A stretch of 37,614 bases of DNA, from IMG/VR virus record IMGVR_UViG_3300045988_158900, one strand, 5' to 3'. This document shows positions 29,173 to 35,791 of this stretch, one piece after another. The notes under the pieces were generated by a model, which made no database searches, was not told the DNA's origin, and saw only the letters and a list, made by a program, of their open reading frames with translations. The number at the start of each line of letters is the position of its first letter. Position 1 is the first letter of the stretch. Origin of the DNA: a virus. The position numbers and the translations under genes were made by a program.

Positions 29173-29274
29173 CCTATTGACAAATGCGCCTGGACATGGT
29201 ATAATGGCCGGCCGATTTCGCGCGTCTCGGCCGGAATTCACCATTATACACCCCGCCAGCAATTTTGTCAATAG
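29173..29274. repeat. Palindromic promoter element copy 5 (PE5)
   Basis: CCTATTGACA-N17-TGGTATAAT, hairpin CCGGCCGA tttcgcgcgtc TCGGCCGG, reversed promoter ending TTGTCAATAG. Confidence 0.65.
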
Positions 29275-29365
29275 TTTTTTTACACAAATTTTTTTATTTA
29301 TTTTTCCCAAAACTTGTATAGTTTGCCTGTTGTAATCCATGCCCACCTGTGCTATACTACATAAT

Positions 29366-29925
29366 GTCAAGAGGGAGTGAGACCCCGTGGGCTGGGCTAA
29401 TGGTATGTAATGTCCCAAGTGTAAGTGAGAGCGCGCCGTACTGAAAAAAAAGACCAAAATTCCCTCTTGACAAACTCCATCAAAGGTGCTATAATGGGTA
29501 GTGTCAAGAGGGGAACGGCACGGCAGATGCGTCTAATGTGTCGCCTGTGTAGACAGGTTTCAGAAATTTGGAAAAATTTCAAAAAACCTCTTGACAAACC
29601 CCAACACCTGTGTTATAATTGATAATGTCAAGAGGGGAACAGCCCCACCCAAGAAATCCGCGGGTCGCGAACCGTGAGAGAGTAAAGGAAGTAAGCCCTA
29701 TACCAGCGCAGTAATCCCAAACGATGAACGAAAAGTGAGTGGATTGGTCAGTTCGTCCATGCGCATGGAAACGTTGAACCAACAAGCAACACCTTATTCG
29801 TCAGGCGAGGTTGTAAGTCGTTGTGAATACTTGTGGGACGTTCCCCTGTTGGCACTATTAAAAAAAATCAAGAATTTTGAAAAAAAGTCTTGACAATCCC
29901 AGCGTAAGCTGTTATAATAGATAAT
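29366..29925 (+). ncRNA. Tandem array of three promoter-driven small structured RNAs (about 105, 85 and 265 nt) with a conserved 5-prime AAUGUCAAGAGGG(G)AAC leader
   Basis: Promoters at 29318-29359, 29467-29495 and 29591-29619, each TTGACA-N17-TATAAT. Each transcript 5-prime GUCAAGAGGG can pair with the CCCUCUUGAC that forms the next -35 region. No ORF longer than 10 codons. Tiny GTG-started ORF (M)GWANGM at 29387-29410. Confidence 0.5.
29890..29918 (+). promoter_or_regulatory. Consensus promoter of cassette 1 (TTGACA-N17-TATAAT)
   Basis: Exact hexamers. The transcript begins AAUGUCAGGAGGGCAAAGCCCUC (5-prime hairpin) before the RBS. Confidence 0.6.
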
Positions 29926-29974
29926 GTCAGGAGGGCAAAGCCCTCAAAACCAAATGGAGAAAGGAATTGATACT

Positions 29975-30355
29975 ATGGCTAACACTAACACCACCACCCG
30001 CAAGCCCACCAAACGCGACAATTTCACCGCCCTGCTCAAGCTGTCCGAGGTCAAGGCTGACCCCAAGCTGGTGGAGTTCATCACCCACGAAATCGACCTG
30101 CTCGACCGCAAGAACACCGTGGACAAGAAGCCCACCAAGACCCAGCAGGAGAATGAGGCCATCAAGACCACTGTCCTGTCCGCTATGGAGAGCAACCGGC
30201 TGTATTCCATCAGCGAGATGCTCAAAGAGTTCCCCGTCTGCAAGGACATGAGCAATCAGAAGCTGTCCTCTCTGGTGCGGCAGATGGTGCTGGATAAGCA
30301 GGTGGAGCGCGTGGAGGACAAGCGCAAGGCGTTCTTCCGCAAGGTGAGCGCGTAA
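29975..30355 (+). CDS. Cassette protein A1, 126 aa (paralog of A2)
   Basis: RBS GAAAGGAATTGATACT-ATG. Conserved with A2: TKRD.FTALLK, ELLDRKNTVDKKPT.TQ, SNQK.SSLVRQMVLD.Q..R.EDKRKA.F. Confidence 0.6.
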   Translation: MANTNTTTRKPTKRDNFTALLKLSEVKADPKLVEFITHEIDLLDRKNTVDKKPTKTQQENEAIKTTVLSAMESNRLYSISEMLKEFPVCKDMSNQKLSSLVRQMVLDKQVERVEDKRKAFFRKVSA

Positions 30356-30406
30356 ACCTCAAAGGGTGGGGAGCAATCCCCACCCTAACCCTGAAAGGAG
30401 TACCGC

Positions 30407-30763
30407 ATGACTGACCGAGTTGCCGACCTCATGCGAAAGCTGGATTGTACCGAAGCCGAAGCCAAGGACATTATTGTTCAAGATGCTATCATCGACAAGG
30501 GCGGCAATCCATTTCCGCTGACCGAGGAACAGGAAAAGGCAAGCAAGAAAGCGCGGGGAGTAGGACGCCAGCCGACCGCATACAAGTTCGCGCCAAAAGA
30601 AAGAAAGGCTAATCTCACAAAGCAGGGCATTATCACCCTACTGACCGAGACACTGACCACATACGGCGCGACTGACCTGAACGTGAGCAACGTGGAGCGC
30701 GAATTTTTATTCACGCTTGATGGAACAAAATACAAGGTTGTGCTGTCGTGTCCGCGCAAGTGA
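30407..30763 (+). CDS. Cassette protein B1, 118 aa (paralog of B2)
   Basis: RBS GAAAGGAG. Conserved with B2: PTAYKF..(K/R)ERKAN.TK..II..L. Terminators flank the gene. Confidence 0.6.
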   Translation: MTDRVADLMRKLDCTEAEAKDIIVQDAIIDKGGNPFPLTEEQEKASKKARGVGRQPTAYKFAPKERKANLTKQGIITLLTETLTTYGATDLNVSNVEREFLFTLDGTKYKVVLSCPRK

Positions 30764-30801
30764 GGGAGAGAAATTCTCCCTCATTTTTTTTGTGTATTTT
30801 G

Positions 30802-30903
30802 ACTATTGACAAATTTGGGCGCGTGTGGTATAATTCGGTCGCGCGTCCACGTATGTGGCGCTCGAAATTTCTATTATACACCCCATTGGCAATTTTGTCA
30901 AGC
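30802..30903. repeat. Palindromic promoter element copy 6 (PE6)
   Basis: GACTATTGACA-N17-TGGTATAAT, GC hairpin with loop CCACGTATGTG, reversed promoter ending TTGTCAAGCG. Confidence 0.6.
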
Positions 30904-31013
30904 GTTTTTTTACACAAATTTCAAAGATTGAAAATCCCGTTTTTTGTAGGTATTGCCTATTGTAATTCTCCTGTAATGTGCTATAATGATGATACTGAAA
31001 GGAGCGATGAACG

Positions 31014-31697
31014 ATGGAGTTTCCGAGAGTTCAGGATTTTATCCTGACCATTCAGCAGGCGGTGTCTAAAAAACCGCGTTTGGTCAACCGCGCTGATGAC
31101 CTGTGCCGAGTTATCCACAACACATACCCTGATGTCAAGATAATCACCAGCAACGGCGCAAGCAAGGAATGTCTGGTGTTCCCTGAGTTGGGCTATGTCC
31201 TCAAATGGTCTATGGAGACGCGGGACGCAGAGCGCGAAGTGGCTGTGTATCAGAAAGCCGTAGACGCAAACCTCGCTGATTTTTTCCCCGCCACTATGCT
31301 GGCTGGCTACATTGTTCCCCCGCGCAAGTGTGATAATCCTGTTGCATTTACCGCACAACAGATTATTAACACCAGTGCCCATAAAATCCATTGGAGTAAG
31401 GGCGGGTTGAAAACTCGTCTTTCGCGTATCGCACAGACTGTCCCCGATTGTCGTATTTCTCAGATTGAACGGCAGTTCCGCAAAGCTGATGTTAATGGCT
31501 ATGGGCGCGACCTCGATGGGCTATGGGCGAAAGTTGCCGTTTCTATCTACGGTAAGCGCAAGGTTATCGCCCTCTGTGAGTTCGTTAAAAAGTATCACAT
31601 CAATGACCTCCACGGCTCAAATATCGGCTACATTGGCATCTTTCCTGTTATCCTCGATTTCTCCGGCTATGGCGTCTGTGATGGTTTAGAGTTTTGA
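31014..31697 (+). CDS. Hypothetical protein, 227 aa
   Basis: Box plus promoter TATTGTAA-N17-TGCTATAAT and RBS GAAAGGAG. Track ORF. ATG at 31005 in another frame gives only 20 aa. Confidence 0.55.
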   Translation: MEFPRVQDFILTIQQAVSKKPRLVNRADDLCRVIHNTYPDVKIITSNGASKECLVFPELGYVLKWSMETRDAEREVAVYQKAVDANLADFFPATMLAGYIVPPRKCDNPVAFTAQQIINTSAHKIHWSKGGLKTRLSRIAQTVPDCRISQIERQFRKADVNGYGRDLDGLWAKVAVSIYGKRKVIALCEFVKKYHINDLHGSNIGYIGIFPVILDFSGYGVCDGLEF

Positions 31698-31741
31698 AAA
31701 AAACTCTTGACAAACAGCCCCGCCTGTGCTATACTAACATC

Positions 31742-32095
31742 GTGAGGTGAGAAAAATGAAATGGCGATTGTATCGTCCCCCTTAGTAATCAATCTATGAT
31801 TATTGATTAGATATATTTATAGATTGATTAAGACCCCAGCCAAGATGGAGTTTAATAGAGTGTTTGTCCCACTCAATAATTTCTTCTCAACCGCCATCTT
31901 GAACCCCTCGTTAGAAATTGGGACTGGGTACGAAGTTCTAACCACATTCACCGTGTGCCGAGAAAGACCCTCCATAGTGGGCTTTGCGCCCCGGTTTTGG
32001 GTCTACTGTGTAGAAGTGGGCTGGCTGTCCGGACGGCTGGCGAACATCAACAGGGGAACCAGCGTAGTAGCCAACTACGCTGGTTTATTTTTGTT
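31742..32095 (+). ncRNA. About 350-nt promoter-to-terminator non-coding transcript with a 9-codon leader ORF MKWRLYRPP (31756-31785, TAG stop)
   Basis: Promoter TTGACA(31707)-N17-TGCTATACT(31730). Terminator CAGCGTAGTAGCCAACTACGCTGG followed by a T-run at 32060-32100. Only a 9-codon ORF has an RBS (GAGGTGAGAAAA-ATG). The track ORF 31803..32132 lacks an RBS and reads through the terminator. Confidence 0.45.
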
Positions 32096-32102
32096 TATTT
32101 TG

Positions 32103-32203
32103 CCTATTGACAAATGCGCTCGAATGTGTTAAAATGGGTCGGGCGCTCACGGCTGTGGCGCCCGAAATTTCCATTATACCACGTGGCACAAATTTTGTCA
32201 AGT
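32103..32203. repeat. Palindromic promoter element copy 7 (PE7)
   Basis: CCTATTGACA-N17-TGTTAAAAT, hairpin TCGGGCGC tcacggctgtg GCGCCCGA, reversed TATAAT..TTGTCAAGTG. Confidence 0.65.
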
Positions 32204-32294
32204 GTTTTTTTGCACAAATTTTGAATGTTGAAAATCCCATTTTTTGTGAGTATTGACTATTGTAATTTGCCCAAGGGTGTGGTAATATATAATT

Positions 32295-32440
32295 GTTCCA
32301 AGGGAGAGGGTAAGACCTCCGGCGGGGCGTGTACCTTAAAAAAAAATTCCACAAATCCGAAAAAAAGTCTTGACAAGGCTTCGGATATGTGTTAGAATAT
32401 AGATGTTCCAAGAGGGAAACAACAATATGGTGGGCGACAC
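32295..32440 (+). ncRNA. Two tandem small RNAs with an UUGUUCCAAG(G)GAG leader variant and a 5-codon uORF MVGDT preceding cassette 2
   Basis: Promoters at about 32253-32289 and 32370-32398 (TTGACA-N17-TAGAAT). Same organisation as 29366-29925. Confidence 0.4.
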
Positions 32441-32466
32441 CTAAAAACGCAGAAAGGGTTGATACT

Positions 32467-32919
32467 ATGACTGCTATCACTTCCACCGCTAACCGCCGTA
32501 TGACCAAGCGGGACTACTTCACCGCCCTCAAAACCTTTGCCGAGGTGGGCGAGTTCAAGTTCCCCATTTCCCAGCGTATCGGCACTTCCGAGGACTTCGA
32601 GACTGTCTATGTGGACATTTCTCCCGCAGAGATAGCGGAGTTCGCCAAGCATGAGCTGGAACTGCTCGACCGCAAGAACACCGTGGACAAGAAGCCGACC
32701 GCCACGCAGGTGGCAAACGAGGGTATCAAGGCTGACATCAAAGCGTTTCTGGACGCCCACAAGGGCGAGAAGTACACCGTGTCTGCTCTGATGAAGTCTG
32801 TTCCCACTATCGCCGATGCGTCCAATCAGAAGGTTTCTTCTCTGGTGCGTCAGATGGTGCTGGACGGTCAGGCAGACCGTATCGAGGATAAGCGCAAGGC
32901 GTATTTCACCGCCAAGTAA
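32467..32919 (+). CDS. Cassette protein A2, 150 aa (paralog of A1)
   Basis: RBS AAAGGGTTGATACT-ATG, identical spacing to A1 and the NT5C gene. Terminator GGGGGGGAGATATTCTCCCCCC follows. Confidence 0.6.
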   Translation: MTAITSTANRRMTKRDYFTALKTFAEVGEFKFPISQRIGTSEDFETVYVDISPAEIAEFAKHELELLDRKNTVDKKPTATQVANEGIKADIKAFLDAHKGEKYTVSALMKSVPTIADASNQKVSSLVRQMVLDGQADRIEDKRKAYFTAK

Positions 32920-32977
32920 GGTATGGGGGGGAGATATTCTCCCCCCTATCCCCTAAAATCTGAAAAGGCGGTGTTTT

Positions 32978-33376
32978 ATGGCTGAAATCTCCAAAACCGA
33001 ATGGCTGAAAAACGCTATGGCGAAAATGGGCTGGACTGCCGATGAAGCGGAAGCCGTGTGGAACTCTGACCGAGAAATCGACAAGGGCAAGGCACAGGAT
33101 TTTGACCTGTCGAAAGAACAGCTCAAAATTGCCCAAAAATTCGCCAAGACTGGCACTCGCAAGACCCCCACCGCATACAAATTCACTACGAGGGAACGCA
33201 AGGCAAATCCCACGAAAGCGTCCATTATCGCTGAACTCGCAACATTTTTGACCGAAAACAGCGAAAATGCCTGCGAAAATGTGGAAATTACCAACAAAGA
33301 GCGTCAAATTGCGTTCAAAATCGGTGAAAATTCCTATGAACTGACTCTTGTGCAGAAGCGCAAGCCGAAAAGTTGA
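32978..33376 (+). CDS. Cassette protein B2, 132 aa (paralog of B1)
   Basis: Track ORF. Conserved PTAYKFTTRERKANPTKASIIAEL with B1. Confidence 0.55.
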   Translation: MAEISKTEWLKNAMAKMGWTADEAEAVWNSDREIDKGKAQDFDLSKEQLKIAQKFAKTGTRKTPTAYKFTTRERKANPTKASIIAELATFLTENSENACENVEITNKERQIAFKIGENSYELTLVQKRKPKS

Positions 33377-33426
33377 GAAAATGGGGGAGAAATCCCCCAT
33401 TTTCCCCAGAAAACGAGGAAAAAAGT

Positions 33427-33771
33427 GTGAAAAACAAGGAATTTTTGTATGTAGGGCACTATTATGATGAAAATGGCGTATACATTCTGAAAATAGGCAC
33501 TACTAATGACTTAAAGCGCAGACAGCAGGAACACACGAGAAACTACCGCAAGACCGCCGTTCACCGTTTACCGCACAATTCTGAATTTATTTACGATTTT
33601 TCGCTACCGCTTTCCAAGTATAATACTTTGCGATACGAGGACAAAAACCGTGAGAAATGGCAGAAAATGGGATACGGTGTGTTTGTGAGAAATGACAGAT
33701 TTGCATGTCCTGTGAAGCCAAAATCTGTTGAAATTACCATTCGTCGAACTTACCAAATCGCTCTCGATTGA
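33427..33771 (+). CDS. GIY-YIG domain protein (T5orf172-like), 114 aa, GTG start
   Basis: RBS GAGGAA 6 nt before GTG. Motif LYVGHYYDENGVYILKIGTTNDLKRRQQEH matches GIY..(10)..YIG.T.NL.RR..EH. Confidence 0.55.
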   Translation: MKNKEFLYVGHYYDENGVYILKIGTTNDLKRRQQEHTRNYRKTAVHRLPHNSEFIYDFSLPLSKYNTLRYEDKNREKWQKMGYGVFVRNDRFACPVKPKSVEITIRRTYQIALD

Positions 33772-33794
33772 GGGCGATTTTTTTATTCAATTTG

Positions 33795-33870
33795 ACTATT
33801 GACAACGCCCTCTGACTGTGGTATAATGGGTCGGGCGCTCACGGATGTGGCGCCCGGCATTTTTGTCAAG
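33795..33870. repeat. Palindromic promoter element copy 8 (right arm truncated)
   Basis: GACTATTGACA-N17-TGGTATAAT, hairpin CGGGCGC tcacggatgtg GCGCCCG, then CATTTTTGTCAAG. Confidence 0.55.
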
Positions 33871-33994
33871 ATACATTTTCAACAATTTTTCCGGCGAAAA
33901 TTTGTATAAATTGACTATTGCATTTTGTCCCGAAATGCGCTATACTATAAACAATCTGAGGGAGCTGGAACCCACCAACAGCACGGAGGCATTT

Positions 33995-34606
33995 ATGAAT
34001 AAGAGCCAGTTTTTTGACCACGAAATCGAGTTCATTCAGTCCGAGGATTTGCGCTCATTCGTGCGCTACTACTTCGACTGTATCGTTCCCGACTATTTCT
34101 GGACTATCGGCGCAAGTTCTTCCGGCAAGTTCCATCCGGCTATGAGCCAAGGCGAGGGCGGTTTGGTGCGCCACACTAAGGCGGTCGCGTGGTTTTGCGA
34201 GGAATTGCTCCGCATGAGCCAGTGGGCGTATCTCACTGACGAGCGCAAGGACTACGCAAGAGTTGCCTGTCTGCTCCACGATACCGCCAAGTATGGCTTA
34301 CACGAGTTCGACAAGGAGTTGTACCCCAAGCACGGGGCTATGGCGGCTGACCAAGTTCGCCGTTCGTGGCTGGTATTTTTCGAGAATGACTGCCCCTATG
34401 AGTTGACGCAAGCCATCAAGTCCCACATGGGTCAGTGGACTACCGACAAGGCGGACAGACCTTTCACTCCTATCGACAGACTGGTACACATGGCTGACTA
34501 TGTGGCAAGCCGTTCGTTCATCGACATTCCGGCAATTAACGCTGACTATAACGACAAGGCGGAACTGGACGAAATTTCGCCTGAACTGCCGTGGGAGGAG
34601 GAATAA
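33995..34606 (+). CDS. HD-domain metal-dependent phosphohydrolase, 203 aa
   Basis: H..(about 35)..HD motif (FHPAMSQGEGGLVRHTKAV ... CLLHDTAKY). Box plus promoter ATTGCAT-N17-CGCTATACT. The leader contains CCCACCAACAGCACGGAGG, related to the exonuclease leader. Confidence 0.65.
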   Translation: MNKSQFFDHEIEFIQSEDLRSFVRYYFDCIVPDYFWTIGASSSGKFHPAMSQGEGGLVRHTKAVAWFCEELLRMSQWAYLTDERKDYARVACLLHDTAKYGLHEFDKELYPKHGAMAADQVRRSWLVFFENDCPYELTQAIKSHMGQWTTDKADRPFTPIDRLVHMADYVASRSFIDIPAINADYNDKAELDEISPELPWEEE

Positions 34607-34608
34607 TC

Positions 34609-34743
34609 GTGACCCCTAAATTTTACTTCAACGCTGACGAGAATGTATGCGCGAGTGAGCACTGGGTCATCCAGTATCTCCACATACAAAATCCCGACAT
34701 AGACGAGGATGAAATCGAGGGCGAACTCCACTCCCGCCGGTAA
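34609..34743 (+). CDS. Small acidic protein, 44 aa, GTG start overlapping the HD gene stop
   Basis: RBS GGGAGGAGGAATAATC-GTG. Sequence MTPKFYFNADENVCASEHWVIQYLHIQNPDIDEDEIEGELHSRR. Below the track cutoff. Confidence 0.4.
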   Translation: MTPKFYFNADENVCASEHWVIQYLHIQNPDIDEDEIEGELHSRR

Positions 34744-34837
34744 TATTTCGGTTGGTATGAGTGTCAAATGTCCGATGACATTTTCAACAACTTTTGTTAA
34801 AGGTGGAGAAATCCACCTTTAATTTTTGTTCATTTTG

Positions 34838-34950
34838 CCTATTGACAACGCGAGCCCAGTGTGGTATAATAAAAGGGGAGGTGCAACGGGCCGAGCGCGG
34901 GCGCTGCGGTCCGAATTTCCATTCTCCCACCCCATATGGAAAATTTTCCG
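34838..34950. repeat. Palindromic promoter element copy 9 (degenerate right arm). Followed by three CATATG-containing palindromes at 34933-35010.
   Basis: CCTATTGACA-N17-TGGTATAAT, GC hairpin GGCCGAGCGCGGGCGCTGCGGTCC, then GAATTTCCATTCTCCCACC. Confidence 0.45.
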
Positions 34951-35144
34951 TGATTCTAGCGGCCTTCATATGCGCCCATATTTTCCCGAAAATCCGAGCC
35001 CCGCTCGGTACTCATATGCCGCCCGGTTTGACATAAAAAAAAATTTATGTTATAATGATAAAAAAAACCATTTTTTTTCTCACTTGACTTTTAAAAAAAT
35101 TTTTTGTATAATATATGTATACAAAATGAAAAGAGGTTATTTAT

Positions 35145-35519
35145 ATGAATAAGAACGATATTCTGACGCGCTTAATGAATGGCGAGAGCGCTGAGGATAT
35201 TGCTAAGGAAATGACTGCGATGCTGAATGACGCCACTAAGGCATATGCTGACCAGAAGAAGGACAAGGAAAAGATGGCCCGAGCGGAAGCGGTTGCCGAT
35301 ACTATCAACGACTATGCGGCCTACGTCGGCTATAAGGGCGCAGAGTTGAAGGGTGAGGACGTCATTAAGGTTATGGACAGTTTCCTTAAATTCTACAAGG
35401 ACCCAGGTAATTTCAAAATTGAACTCCCCGGTTTCCGTTTTGAAACAAACTCTAAGGGTGCGATTAAGAAGGGCAAAACCGTTGATGAAATCATCAACGA
35501 CTGGATTTCTCGCATTTAA
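35145..35519 (+). CDS. Hypothetical protein, 124 aa (last island gene, with an AT-rich promoter)
   Basis: Track ORF. Promoter CTTGACT-N17-TGTATAAT and RBS AAAGAGG. Strong terminator at 35533-35595. Confidence 0.55.
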   Translation: MNKNDILTRLMNGESAEDIAKEMTAMLNDATKAYADQKKDKEKMARAEAVADTINDYAAYVGYKGAELKGEDVIKVMDSFLKFYKDPGNFKIELPGFRFETNSKGAIKKGKTVDEIINDWISRI

Positions 35520-35532
35520 TTTCGAATAACGT

Positions 35533-35595
35533 GTCGGCCCAGGTATTTTTCATTTGGGAAATTGGCAATTAGAATACCTGGGCTCGACGTTTTTT
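35533..35595 (+). terminator. Strong intrinsic terminator
   Basis: Long hairpin GTCGGCCCAGGTAT...ATACCTGGGCTCGAC followed by TTTTTT. Confidence 0.7.
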
Positions 35596-35677
35596 GGAAA
35601 GGGTGTCTCGAAAAATTCAGAAGATGACGATAACGATAAAATTGAGTGATAAATTGATACCGAGCGGGGGGCACCAA

Positions 35678-35791
35678 ACTCCCATCATTTTCTTTCACTC
35701 CCATCATTTTCTTTCACTCCCATCATTTTCTTTCACTCCCATCATTTTCTTTCACTCCCATCATTTTCTTTCACTCCCATCATTTTCTTTC
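35678..35791. repeat. Perfect tandem repeat, 19 bp x 6 (ACTCCCATCATTTTCTTTC), at the island right boundary
   Basis: Six identical head-to-tail units with no spacers. Confidence 0.85.

Noticed and set aside
27467-29457. Long minus-strand ORFs in the island (27467..28156, 28526..29107, 28990..29457; also 30981..31391, 32085..32507, 32906..33400, 21130..21588, 22741..23217)
   Set aside because: They are antisense to plus-strand genes that have consensus promoters, strong SDs and terminators. They lack RBSs and their products are low-complexity or Arg/Gly-rich, as expected from GC-rich antisense frames.
29366-32100. Suppressor tRNA (tRNA-CUA) or other tRNA hidden in the non-coding RNA regions
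   Set aside because: No cloverleaf-compatible segment was seen. There is no GTTCGA/GTTCAA T-loop with matching acceptor stem, no CCA-proximal 7-bp stem, and no CTCTAAA anticodon-loop context. The TAG decoder is presumably encoded outside this window.
31803-32132. 109-aa ORF inside the 31742-32095 transcript
   Set aside because: No RBS. It reads through a strong intrinsic terminator into the next palindromic element, and its C-terminus (LFLFILPIDKCARMC) is translated promoter sequence.
22009-34950. Palindromic elements as a CRISPR-like or REP array
   Set aside because: Copies are about 100 bp, 1-2 kb apart, embedded in defined promoter/terminator contexts, and internally inverted-symmetric. 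No regular repeat-spacer periodicity.
35678-35791. Possible CRISPR array (short identical repeats)
   Set aside because: Units are contiguous with no spacers, 19 bp long, and not palindromic. No cas genes are present. This is a simple tandem repeat.
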